From assembly GCF_018977255.1 (NCBI RefSeq), contig NW_024704743.1, forward strand, positions 4,466,001 to 4,530,000: DNA of 64,000 nucleotides. Direction: 5' to 3'. The notes beneath the pieces are model-generated. The model was given only the letters and a program-made list of their open reading frames with translations, had not been told where the DNA came from and searched no databases. Positions 23,118 to 35,632 of the stretch are shown in pieces. Position numbers and translations under genes: made by a program. This DNA comes from Callorhinchus milii. Lineage: Eukaryota. Every line of letters starts with the position of its first letter. Position 1 is the first letter of the stretch.

Positions 23118-24228
23118 AATCATGCCTCTACGTCAATCGGTTATTGCGTTCTTAGCGGATAGACAGACACACACACACAGACACAGACACAGACAGACAT
23201 TTCGTCTTCATTAGTATAAGATAGGAATGTGATCATAATAACAATAACAACAATCCTCGCATTTGGTATAGCGCCTATCATTTCAGGAGGATGTCCCAAA
23301 AGCGCTTCACACGATAGAGTGTAAAGTGCGGCGACTGCGCGCTCTTGTTTGCCGGCCAACTATTTTGAGATAGACTACGCGAGGGGGATGGGGGTAGAGG
23401 TAGGACCGAATCTCTATTGCAGAGCGGTGGAAAAGCGAGACTCTAATGGGAATTACTCTCTGATTAATGTACCTGTGCGCGTCACAGTCACAAGGGTTGT
23501 GATGTATGTCATGAACCTGAGGATTGCGGAGCTAAATCTATACAAATGTTTGTTGGCTGCCTGGTGAATGTTTTTTTTTTAACCCCCGCGCCCCCCCCCC
23601 CCCCCACCCCGGATGAGATCTCCCTTTGTTTTCAGCTGTTGCCAGACATTGCCCATCCTCCCAAGTATTAACCGCCGAGCACTCGTGGTAGGACCTCGGA
23701 GGCAGAAAAACAAAGGGTATTGAATTTCCCTTGGAGTTTGCAGCTGGCGAATTGTCTTGTAAAGCGGAATATCTTTAAATGATTTTCTGCCTGGAACTCA
23801 ATTTGCAACGCCACTTCGCTTGAATAACGATCGGGACTGGAATATTATGAAGCAATCTGCCAACCTGTGGAGATTCTGTTTGTTGGGTTATTGGGGAGCA
23901 CAGGTCCCACGTCGTCTGCGTTCCCTTACGGCCGCCTGGATTATTACGCACATTTATCATCATGTCTGAGAGAGACGCACCGTGCCAGTGGTTGATGGCT
24001 TCCGCTGGAATTTAAGGAGAATCTTTCCGCAGGGCTTTTCCTTAGAGGAGTAGGAGTGCGAGATCTTTGTCTGCGTTCTGCTTTTGCTACAACTGGGGAC
24101 GGAGAGCGAGAGCGAGAGAGAGGAAACGGATGACATTCTGCATTCTTTGGTTCATTCATTTCCCAGTGCTGAAGTTTAGAACAAAAATAGACCACTCTGT
24201 GTTCAGCAAGCTCTCTTGCTCTGTAGAT

Positions 24229-24416
24229 ACGTCAAGTCCCACCTGAAGACCTTCCTCTTCGACCATGCCTTCAGCCACGCCCCCCCCCATGCCCTCCACC
24301 CCTCCTGACCCCCAACTCCCAGCTCGGGTCCATCCAAAAGCACCTGTCTGTCCAGCGCCCCTGGGATGCCTTTCCGATGTGAAGGTCGCTATAACAAGTG
24401 TGATTTGTTGTTGTTG
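24229..24416 (+). mobile_element. L2 3' fragment
   Basis: KSHLKTFLFDHAF motif, tail stem-loop and (TTG)n. Confidence 0.8.
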
Positions 24417-25731
24417 TACTTCAGGCGTGCCCGATTGTGAACCGCGAAGTGTGCCCCACCTTGTATGACACGGGTGTCTTGGGTACATAAAATCCGACGC
24501 TGTGTTGTAATGGTTTTGTGAAAACAAGTGGTCACTGACCTCACCGTTGGGTTGGGGAGTTGCAGCTGACGTCATTTCTGGCTGCTGGCGCTGATGTGCA
24601 GTTCACAGCACATGTGCAACACAGTAAAATTCGCATAAATCTGATCCGTATGAATCATATAACCAACCGCCTCAGTCCTACATCTGCCCAAGTCCCCTTC
24701 AAGAGTTTATGATCGACGCAAGTTTGACATAGGCTCATACTTTATAAAAATCCTTGCATTTGATACAGCGCCTTACCTTACCACGTCATTGAGACGTCTC
24801 AAAGCGCTTTGCATAAATCATATTAAATGTATGGTCCCAACTGATACGGTTTTGTGCGTAACCCGTGAAGTGCTTTGAGACCTCTTCCTGTCGTGAAAGG
24901 CGCTGTATCAAATGCAATGACTATTATTCTTACTCTTAATTCTAATCCTCTGCATCCATTTTTCTTTCCTCTCCCTCATCAAATGTTCATCCAATTCCCT
25001 TTAACGTGTCATGGCCACTCGAGGCAAAGCATTCCATACTTTAATAACAACAACAAGATTGCATTCGTATAGCGCCTTTCACTTCCAGCGACGATCTTGA
25101 ATTACTGCCTATTTGCTGCCAATTTACCAAGCAACAGGAATAATCTTTTCATACCTACGTTCTTCGAAGCATTGAAGAAATCCTGGGCTTCGCAAGGTAG
25201 AATTTGCGGGAAAATTATTTAGATGGAAAGCTCTTAAAAACGTAATTGTTCCTTCCATTGAAATTGAATTGCCTCAACATTCAAGGCAAATAAGGCGCCT
25301 GGTGCTTCAGTGTTATGGAGTTGCAAATCACATACAGTATTATAATGCATTGCCAGTGTAGGAGTAAATAAGCCAGACGGAGATCTTAAGACTGGCTAAA
25401 TGATGCAGAAAGATAAATGGTCCGTTTTGCTGTTGAGCACAATGTAATGCAGATATCACCAGGGAGAGATTAAGTCTGAAAGTGGGGCATTTTACTTTTA
25501 GCCATTATTCCCGTCTACTACAATGTCGCTGGCAGAAGACAAGCGCTCACGGGAACTGACTGCGGATTGATTGGATTGGCAGCTATCAGCTTGTTACCTC
25601 GCAGTAATTTGAAGACAAAAATTAACATTGAAAAGCTGCACTGTGACTCCTGAGTACTGGCATATCTAATATTTTTCTGTGGTCTGTTTTATATGGTATT
25701 TCGGGAACTTAACATCGCTGACTGGTTCGGC

Positions 25732-25946
25732 CAGTGGTCCCCAAACTTTACGCTTGGCCAAACAAATAGATGTTTCTTTATTGACTTTGTCCTAATTTAC
25801 GGCTGAGCCGTGGGTATCGGGGCTCGGTAGCTCGTGGAAACAAGCTATTGATTTGGCCCGGACTGGTGAGGGTATTCAGTGGGCCAATTCTTGACATGTC
25901 CCGTGGACGAAAAGTGGCCAGCAGGCCGAGGGGTAGGGGACCACTG
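25732..25946. mobile_element. hAT-like non-autonomous DNA transposon (MITE)
   Basis: TIRs CAGTGGTCCCC ... GGGGACCACTG (11/11); flanking 8-mers GGTTCGGC / GGTTAGGA (6/8) consistent with an 8-bp TSD. Confidence 0.78.
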
Positions 25947-26169
25947 GGTTAGGAAATAGTACAAATACCCTTTTAATTAAGGAGACGTACCAATTTTAGT
26001 CTGCTAAATGCAAGCAAGGCGGTGACGAAAATGTGCGGGCTTTCGTCTCGGCAGCTTTCTCGACGACGGTCTCCTCCTTTCTCTCTTTCGCCCTTTCCAA
26101 CCGATCTCCAGTGGGGAAGAGAAAGCCTTTTAGCCATCAGCCGTTTTGTTTCATGAATAGATTCCTTCC

Positions 26170-26424
26170 ATTTGATACGAGCAAGTCGGGAGGACGTCTC
26201 AAAAGAGCTTCATCCCATTTTAACTGTACAGAGGAGTGAGTGCTTTCCGTCAGCGAACATGGTAGCCAATTGGCGCAAGGCACCGTTTCGCAAACCGTTA
26301 ATGAAAGGAATGACCATTTTTATCTGGGGGAATTTGTTGACCAAGATCAAGAACCAACATGAAGCTTGGACCCACAACTTTCTGATTTGGAGGCAAGTGT
26401 CCTACCAACTGAACCAGGCTGACG
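26170..26424 (-). mobile_element. Deu-like SINE with internal deletion
   Basis: Head rc (GTCAGCCTGGTTCAGTTGG) and tail present; core missing. Confidence 0.6.
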
Positions 26425-26618
26425 CACAAACATCTTTGTTTAAGGTCGCTACTGAATTCGTGATATTTATAGCCTGGCCATAAACCAAGCAAGGAAACAT
26501 TATTTGGTTAGCCACCGCTGCTTTACACGGTCACGTGTAGTCACGAGTGAGGAAATGCCAAATCTGCGCACTGATGTTTTAAGGGTCACGTTCAGCCATT
26601 ACGTTTTATACCCCTTAC

Positions 26619-26858
26619 CCCACACGCCTAATACTAATCCCTCCAAAACAAACCAATAATAAATTGGTCATTTTCAATCCACGGCTGTTTGTGGGGACGC
26701 TGCGGTGCGCAATTGGCTGCCGCGTTTCGCCCACAAAATATGCAGTCAAATTCACTTTACAGCATATTCTGTGAAGCGCTTTGAGACGTCTAGCAGATGT
26801 GAAAAGCGCTATATCAAATGCAAGGATTATTATTATTATTATTTTATTATTATTATTA
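26619..26858 (+). mobile_element. 5'-truncated SINE (short form)
   Basis: CCTAATACTAATCCCTCCAAAAC junction, 3' half and (TTA)n. Confidence 0.85.
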
Positions 26859-28007
26859 TCCTCTTTGAGGGTGCGTTCTGATGTGAAACACAAGGATTAT
26901 TGTTGTTATTATTTCTGCTTGAGAGAAAGATGAGCAAGCTTGATCAAAGGTTATATTTAAGGGTTATATTTTTAAGGGTTGTATCTAAGGGTTATATTTT
27001 TGAGACTGCGCTCCAGACACTGGCAAAGGTTTAAGGAGCCTTGGCTTGGGAAAGCTTTTTTCCCGACTCGGTTGGTCAGAGGTGCCTGGTGCAGACAAAC
27101 CTGCGATGCTGCCTTTGACAAACGGGGACATGGATCTGCCCTGATCCTGGACCACTTTGTACCGTGGGATTCACCCACCAAAAATATACAGTCAATTCCC
27201 TCTACCGTATATTCCGCGAAGCGCTTTGAGTCACCTCAACCGCTTGGTAAGGCGCTAGGTCAAGTGCAAGGATTATTATCCTTATTATTTTTAAGTCTGC
27301 ATCGACTTTCGTTGGTCACAACAAGAACAGCAACAACTCATGGGGCGCTAAAGTCAGACCAGTTTGGTAGTTGAAAACAGCCCTAAGTGAATGCTTCCAA
27401 TACTTGTACCGCCCCTTAATGCGTTTAAAAATAGAATGCCATGCTTCACTTTATACCACCGCAGATCCAGAGCAGGTTCACAGCTGGTCGAGGCTGGAGC
27501 AGCATCCAAACTATTTCGGAATTTTTTTTCCCCAATGGAAAATTAATACGGAAAAGCCAGCAGATTGCCAGAGTTTCAAAGCGATTAAGCTGAAGTTTCC
27601 CGAGGATTGCAATAGCTTTTTGTGGTTTGGCAGTTTTACAGTTAAGGTTTTCCAGGGTCTATAAACGCGGCCTTAATGCAAGTCGCTCATCGTAGGCTTG
27701 GGTGGGGGCGTTTGGTGGATGGAGTGGGGGGGGAGAGGGGGGGGGTGGAGTGGGACAGGGGAAGAGGGAAACAAGACCTCATTCTTTGACGCTGCATTGG
27801 TTAAAAGTACTACATCAACAACTTGCATTCATGTGTATAGCGCGCTTCACATAGGATGACGTCGCAGAGCGATTGACAGTGACTGGGTCGGACACCAGGC
27901 AGGAGAGGGAGGGGAATGGGGGAGATGACCATAGGTGGGTGAGACGGGGCAGGATGGAGAGGTAGTTCTTGAGGTTAGAGATTTAATTTCTGAAAGCCCG
28001 ACCGTCG

Positions 28008-28286
28008 ACAAGTTTCCTTACTCCACGCACCTCTGTTTCCCCAGCAGTAAGTAGGAACCAGGTTGTTAGTCGGTTGGCGGATCGCGTTTCTGGGGTTAAT
28101 AATTCCTTTAAAAATAAATAAAAAAGAAATAATAATTTGATCGCTCAATCCACGACTGTTTGCGGGACACTGCTGTGCGTAATTGGCTGCTGCGTTCCTC
28201 CCACAAAATATACAATCAATTCACTTTGAGACATCTCGAAGATGTGATAAGGCGCCATATCAAATGCAAGGATTATTATTATTATA
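28008..28286 (+). mobile_element. 5'-truncated SINE, long subfamily
   Basis: Central block plus 3' half and tail. Confidence 0.85.
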
Positions 28287-28477
28287 TTTTGGATTTGCAA
28301 CTTGGTGTAACTATCTATATAAATCTTCTTCCTTTTGTAATTCCTTCCAAAATTCAGATATTCTTTTATATTTCCACCTACTATATAGTGTCTGTGCTTC
28401 TGCTGAAACAAAACGCACCGCTTAAGAACATCGAACATGGGGCGTACAGCAAAACCTGTGTCTCTATGATAAACAAT

Positions 28478-28781
28478 TAATAATAAAAATAATCCTTGCT
28501 TCTTTTCATGTTGTTGAGACTTATCTTCAATGCTTCGCAGAATATACTGTGAAGTGGATTGCCTGTGTATTTTGTGGGCGAAACACGACAGCCAATTGCG
28601 CACAGCAGTGTCCCACAAACAGTTGTGGATTGAGGGGCCAATTTTTATTTTTGAGGGATTATCACGCCCCAGAAAGTGATTTGCCAATCGACTAACAACC
28701 GGGTTTCGCCCTGTCCGGGAATCGAACCCGGGTCTTCTTGCCTGTGAGGCGAGTGCTCTAACCACTCTGTCACGGGAACTC
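28478..28781 (-). mobile_element. SINE, long subfamily, internally deleted
   Basis: Head, part of central block and 3' half on the minus strand. Confidence 0.82.
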
Positions 28782-29454
28782 AATAGGGATCTGCACAGTG
28801 AAGATGCCGGGCATTTGGTTGAATTGAGCTTTGGCGTTCAAAATACCAAATCCTTCTCGAAGTGGTCTTGGAAAGCAAAGTGCGGTGGTTGTATTCGGGC
28901 TGGTATGATGACGGAGCAGAAATGTCCTTGGATTCGATTTCATCTGAAAATTAGAATTAAATCAGTCCTCGTATTAGGTAGAGGGAAGAGGGAAAAATTA
29001 CATTAAAATCAGATTATCTCGACCCAAACTGAATGTGATCTCAATTGGGAGGGGAAAAAAACCTAAACACGAGTTTTGTCCAACATTTGAGAAATGTATT
29101 TGGCTTCAAAGCAGGATTTCTTTGCTGCAGCTGAAGGCAATTGAACCAACTACAATATTTCAAGATCAAATGACCATTTTGCGATGACCGGGGTGCATGT
29201 GTCCAGCCGTGTGCTTTTTTTTAATATGAAGCTTATTCAGTAAACAATCAACTCCAGCTAAAGATAAGTGTAATCTCACTTCTGCTCTCACAATCGAGGT
29301 CTAATCGGCTCTTAGCATCAACACAGTTTACGTTTCTAAGCAGTTTAAAGATCTGCATCGAGTCTTTTGATTTCTTCCAAATCTTTTCGCTGATGGAAAC
29401 CACTTTAGCTGTGTGATAATGTGCTCAGAACTTTGAGCCCCATCAAACAGATCA

Positions 29455-29578
29455 ATATTTGGGGAGGACAAGTTTGCAGGGCTATGGGGAGGGCTGCGGG
29501 GGAGTGGGATTGATTTGGAAGCTCTTTTCAAGACACGGTGGGCCGAATGGCCTCCTTCTGGGCTGTATGGTTCTGTGT
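29455..29578 (+). mobile_element. CR1-type LINE 3' end
   Basis: GGGCCGAATGGCCTCCTTCTGGGCTGTATGGTTCTGTG tail, same family as 48105-48497. Confidence 0.75.
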
Positions 29579-29677
29579 CTCAGAGTCGATCCCATTTTTT
29601 AAACCTCTTCTAAAGCTTCACGGTCCTTTTGAAGTTAGCATGACTAAAACTGCACCCAGTATTCAAATATGGTGCTA

Positions 29678-30010
29678 ATAACTATAATAATAATCCTTAT
29701 ATTTGGAGTCGCACCATTCACACTGGAAGGACATCCTTAAGTTGCTTCACAGGACAATACTATAAATGTACTATTTGTGCGTGTGCATTGACTGTGTTTT
29801 GTGAGTGAATGTGGCAGCCAAGTTGCGCACAGCAACGTACTACAAACAGCCATTAAGTGAATGGCAACCAATTTTATTGGGGGATTATTGGCCAGGACAC
29901 TGGGGAGCAAACTCCCTTCTCTTTCTGAATGTCACCCACGGGATCTTTAACGTCCAAACTGAACCAGGCAGACGAGACCTTGGTTTAGTATCTCATCCGA
30001 AAGCTTCCCA
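29678..30010 (-). mobile_element. Deu-like SINE (core + 3' half)
   Basis: rc of TTCGGATGAGATACTAAACCAAGG...GGACGTTAAAGATCCCGTGG core. Confidence 0.72.
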
Positions 30011-31704
30011 CCAGCGAGTGATAACGAGACCAAAATGACTTCATTCGGCCGGTAGCCAAAGTGTCTCGCAGTTGCTCGATCAGGTCCGCTGCTAACTGCT
30101 TCACATTGACTGGAAAAAAATGTTGTGAATAATCAATGCACGTTTCCCCAAAAACCATTTCCTTCTCCACCTTTTTGCTAATGGGCACTTCTTCATTGTG
30201 TGCGTGTTTCCTGTTTCCTCTGCGACAGGTCCTGGCAGCTGTCTCAGTGGCGGACTGCCTCGCGACTGGGTTGCGAAATAGCATAAGGTTTTCGAAGAAC
30301 CATTCAAAAAAAAAAAAAAGCGTTGAGACGTTTGACTCCAAAGGTTAATGTTCCTCTACCAGAAATGGAATATTTTTGAATCAGCAGCAGATATGTTTTT
30401 GGAAGATGAGAAGAGAATTTTAATAACTGAAGAGAAATCTTAAAAATAGACACCTGCTCCGCTCACTTTGGATCAGAGGGCTTGAAGTTCGGAGTGCTCA
30501 GTTAATTGGTTATTTACTTCCATGGCTGCTCGATGGGGCAAATGGTTGCCTCGTTAACCTGCGGAAACGTCAATGACTGAGAGTCGCAGTAATTGTAAAG
30601 TGCTTAAGTTGCTATAAAAATGCATTTTTTTTAAAACCAGAAATTCTACTTACAGATCAGAGTCAGCAGATCCGAAGTATTGGACACTATATCTGCCCCT
30701 ACTCCTTGCATTTGGTATAACTCCTTTCACGTGGGGAGGACGTCCCAAAGCACTTCACGGGATACCCTGCGGAGTGGAGTGACTGTGTATTTGTAGGCGA
30801 ATGCCGCACAGCTCAGTTGCGCACAGCTATGCTCCTTCCTTTTCTTTTTTAAACTCTTTCCAAAATTCAGGTATTGTTTTACATTTCCACCCACCACTCC
30901 CACTACTCCTCCCGCCCCCCCCTCCTTCCCCCAATTCCCAATTCAGCCCGGTTATCGCTTCTCGTTGGGGCATTGTCAGACTGACGTGAGTTACGGCATC
31001 TCGCTGAGAGAGAGAGAGAGAGAGAGGAACCAAACCTCACACTTTGGTTGTGAGACGTATTGTGCCTTTGCCTGCGACAACCCAGACGCAGCTGATTTGG
31101 GTCGGTCAGTCGAGATCTTCCACAGACGTTCGGTGCGTTCAGAGTTTTTAATTTGGTGAGAAAACGCGGGGCTCTTGCAGAAATGTATACATTGGAATAA
31201 TTCATCACCGGAGTTTATGAGATGTCGCGTGAGTAGAGCAGAAAGAGAATCTGACTGAATAATCCATGGCAGCTCGCGAAAGATCCAGATATTGCGGTTG
31301 TTTTGCTTATCGGTTTGTTCAAGACATATACAATGACAATCGGTGAGTTGATGAGGTTGGTTTGAAAGTTAGGGGTGTAGCGACTGAAGGCTCGTGCACC
31401 ACCTCCTTGCCCCTCTGCTCCCCCCCACCTGCTCCCCACTCGGCGTCAGCAATACCGAGTTGGCAGATTGCAGGTTCCCAATACTGTACCAACGAGTAAT
31501 AATAACAATAATAATCTTTGCGTTTGACCCAGCGCCTGATCACGTGGCTGAGACGTCCCGAAGCGCTTCGCAGAATACACTGTAAAGTTCAGTGACTGTG
31601 TGTTTTTGCGGGTGAAACTCGCAGCGGTGTCCCCCAAACGGTCGTGGATTGAGTGACCTCGTCCTCGTCACTGCAGGGAGTCAGCACGTGGAATGGAATT
31701 ATTT

Positions 31705-32025
31705 ACAACAACAACAACAACTTGCATTTACGTAGCGTCGCAGAGCGCTTGACATTGGTGGAGAACAACACCGAGCTCGGGGGAGGGGGACGGTGACCGT
31801 AGGCACCGTCCAACAGGAAGGTCTTCAGGCGCGACCTCGAAAATGGGGAAAGAAGGCGGAGGGAGAGAAGAAGAGCGTTCCAGAGTTTCGGGGAGTAGTG
31901 GCTGAAAGCCCAGTCACCAATGGTAGAACGGAGGGCACGGGGGGAAACATGCAGAAGGCCCGAGCCAGTCGAGCGGTGGCAGCGGGTTGTGGGTTGGGGG
32001 GGCTACGCAGGTCGGAGAGGTATTC
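31705..32025 (-). mobile_element. Old L2 3' fragment
   Basis: (CAA)n tail then degenerate ORF2 C-terminal sequence. Confidence 0.65.
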
Positions 32026-32500
32026 ATACCTTTGTATAATGGCGCTGCAGGCGAGTGATGTATTAAAAGAAAGCGCATTCCATTTCCAACAGTTTCTCTC
32101 TGGAATTTCCACGTGTAGGTGGGACGCATGGAATGCTCAGCTTGGTTTGGAGACTCTTAAGCACGGCGAGGGGTTTCCGCGTGTGTCAGACAAAAAATAA
32201 ATAAAAGCTCACAACAAGAACGGGGGAGTAGGAATTAGTCGGGCTAGGGGGGCAGTGGGTCGAACAGCAACCTTCTGTGCTGTAAGATACTATGATTCCG
32301 ACGAGCATTTATTGGGGAGAGGGAAGCAGGGGAGGCGAGGGAGGAAAGCAAGTGCGTTAAGGTTGTGCCTGACTCCTTCTTAAAAGAGTCCGCCGTTCCT
32401 TGAAGTAAGCCCAGGAATAATGCTTTGTGACAGTCACCAATTACCTCCGTATAAAGAAGCCTGTGGCAAACTTTACATCTTGTGCAGACCTTTTAGCTGC

Positions 32501-32535
<35 letters not shown>

Positions 32536-32728
32536 GGTTTTTTTCTGAATTAATTCGGGAAACGTAGAAAAGAATGTGCGACGCTGAGATTTGCTAACGC
32601 ATGAAATCACTATTCAAATAAGGGGGCGGGGGTGAAATCAGCATGTAACAGTAATTTCCAAATTTTGACCGTTTCTTTCTTCCCATCTCTCTTCCTTGCA
32701 TCGTAACTACATTTAGTACCAGATGTTG

Positions 32729-33111
32729 ATAATAATACTAATAATAATCCTTACATTTGACATAGCGCCTTATCACGTCTTCGAGACGTCTCAATGCGCT
32801 TCACGGAATACACCGTAAAGTGGGTGACTGTATATTTTATCAACGAAACACAGCAGTGAATTGCCGCAAACAGTCGTGGATTGAGTGATTAAATTATTAT
32901 TATTTTTGTTTTATTTATTTTGAAGGGCTTATTACCTCCGGAAAGTGAATCATCTTTCGACTAACAACCAGGTTCCTACTTACTGTTAGGTTAACAGAAG
33001 TGTGGGGCGTAAGGAAGGTTGCCCAACTTTTCACCCTGCTCGGGAATCGAACCCAGGTCCTTTCGCTTGCGAGGCGAGAGCTCGAACCCACAAAAAGCTA
33101 CAGGATTTCCA
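32729..33111 (-). mobile_element. tRNA-derived SINE, long subfamily
   Basis: Head B box, central block, tail. Confidence 0.85.
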
Positions 33112-33796
33112 CAAACAGCAACGAAACACGTTGAAGCAGATCTGCCCAGCGTGCCTTATAGGTGAAATAATAACCTATAGCGCTGGTAACCTTATAATAA
33201 TAACAATCCTTGCATTTGATATAGCTCCTTATCACATCGTTGAGACGTGTCAAAGTGCTTCACAGAATATATATTGTAAAGCAGTGGTGGATTGCAAGAC
33301 CCAATTTTTTTTACTTATTTTTCTTTGCTTGTCACGTGCGAACACGTCGCAAGCTTCCGATGAAAGCGCACTAAATCCAGATAGGCTGCCTAGGAAGCCA
33401 TTTCAGCTTTTCATTCACATTCGCCCCCATGTACCTTAAGTAGTGTTTGCATACATTAAGGTCCTCCGTGGTTAGGCAGAGTACGGAATAAAGATGATCA
33501 AAGTGTGTCAGCCGAACACTCTACATGAATATTCATCACCAACAGGCCATTGGATTTGCACAGCGGCCTGCCATGTTAATAGATCTATAAATACTCGCTT
33601 TTCCCCAAACACTGGTTCTGATCTGACCTACCTTCGAGGCCTTCCCTGGAGAATGTACATTGAAAAGCACCACCAGCTATATTTATTCATTGAAAACCTT
33701 GAATTCCTCCTCATGTTTGGCTGCCTGTTTCCATCTTAATTAAAAAAAAGAGAGAAATACTCTTACGTCTTGGCCAGAGAAGAAAAGGATATTGGT

Positions 33797-34133
33797 TCAG
33801 AGCACCCACCTGGTAAGCGAGAGGACCCGGGTTTGATTCCCGGGCAGAGCTCAACCTTCGGCAAGTTTCTTTACTCCCACACGCCTCTGTTTACCTCGCA
33901 GTAGGTAGGAACCCAGTTGTTAGTCGATTGGCGGATCAATTTCCGTGGGTAATAATCCTTCCAAAAAAAAACATTGGCCACTCAATCCACGACTGTTTGT
34001 GGGACACTGCCGTGCGCGTTTCACCCACAAAATATACAGTTGATTCACTTTGCAGTCTATCCCGCAAAGCGCTCTGAGACGTCTTTAACAACATGATGAG
34101 GCGCTACATCAAATGCAAGGATTATTGTATTAT
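33797..34133 (+). mobile_element. tRNA-derived SINE, long subfamily
   Basis: Partial head, central block, tail. Confidence 0.85.
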
Positions 34134-34792
34134 TTTGAAAGTGGTGCCTCCCAGTGGATCAGATTGCGTTAGAAACTTAAGGGGTTGATGATCACTGAGC
34201 TGAGGAACTCATTCCTTATTTAAGGAGCGTCAATATGCCATCTCCACACTTAGCAGAATTTACTGGCCGAGTGCTTTGAGACGCTTCGAAATTGGAGGCA
34301 CTACATCAAATGCTGAGGACGATGATTATTATTGACAAACAGTAATCGTCCCCTCACTTTACCCTTGCCTCTGATTTCTGAGTAACTATAAAGCTTGACA
34401 GGAAGTACTCTGAGGCTGCAATGTCAGGTTCCTGTCGAGGAGGCTTTTGCAGGACTCGTGGACTTTTCAGCCGATTTGGTTCAGTTATTATCCCGTACAT
34501 CATGCCTTCGCAAGCCTCTGCTTCTTTCAGAGTGACATAGGGTTTCCCCCATAAAATATACAGTCAATTAACTTTACGCTATGTTCTGTGAAGCGCTTTG
34601 AGGCGTCTGAACCAAGTGATCAGGCGCTACATCAGTTGCAAGGTTTATTATTACATCTTGTTATGGGAACAAAAGGAGGCCATTTAGCCCATTGAACCAT
34701 TTTGTTGGAGTAGATCTTTTTATCTTCCAATAACATGATTGGTTCAGATGAGGAAGGCCCCTACAACGCATTTGATCTCACGCCTCCAGAAT

Positions 34793-35255
34793 ACAACAAC
34801 AAGATTACATTTGTAAAGTGCCTTTCACGTCGGGAGGACATCCCAAGGTGCTAGACAGTCAAAGGTTTGCACTTGAGCTGGCGGGGAGGGGAGGCTGGAA
34901 GGTGGAGGATGACTGAAGGCATCGTCAAAGAGGAAGGTCTTCAGATGGACCTTGAAGGAGATAAGGGAGGGGGTGAAGGGAAGGGTTTCCGAGATGGAGT
35001 TCCAGATGGTGGGGGCAGAAAGCCTGAAGGCCTGATCCCTGATAGCGGAGCAGGCAGGAAGGGGGGGGGTGTGGAGCAGAGTGCAGGTCGGAGGGAGCGG
35101 ACAGTTTGGTGACGCTTTAGTAGGTTGCAGAGGTAGGGAGGAGCAAGCCTGTGAAGGTGAGGTCAAGGATCTTGAACTCGATCCTCTGGGGGATGGGGAG
35201 CCAGTGAAGCCAGGTGAGGATGGGGGCAATTGGCTCACTAAGCTATCCCTTTCAG
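34793..35255 (-). mobile_element. L2 3' fragment
   Basis: QAFRLSAPTIWNSI..SFKVHLKTFLFDDAF on the minus strand; tail stem-loop. Confidence 0.85.
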
Positions 35256-35632
35256 ACAATCCCAATCAACTCTGCTCCTACCGGAGAGACTGTTCCTTTT
35301 TTTTGAAGCTCGAAGTAGTCTGTGACCACCTCACAGTTTCTATCCATGCTGAGGTGCTAATTATTCTCAAACATTCCACTGAAGTGTGACATTTCGTATC
35401 TGTTTCCAAGGCTACGAATGGAGAAGACAATTATTTACTCCCACTGAGGACCACTGATTGAACACGAAACCGGCCATACCTTTTGGCTGTCAACAACGAA
35501 ATAAACAATGATGGGCACGTACTGTATGTATGTCACACCCGTGGGCAGTGCTTGAACAGCCAGCACTACCAAAAGTGGTATCAGAGAAGGGTGTAGGGCA
35601 AGGGGACTGCAGGAGGGAAGATGCCCGAAGGC

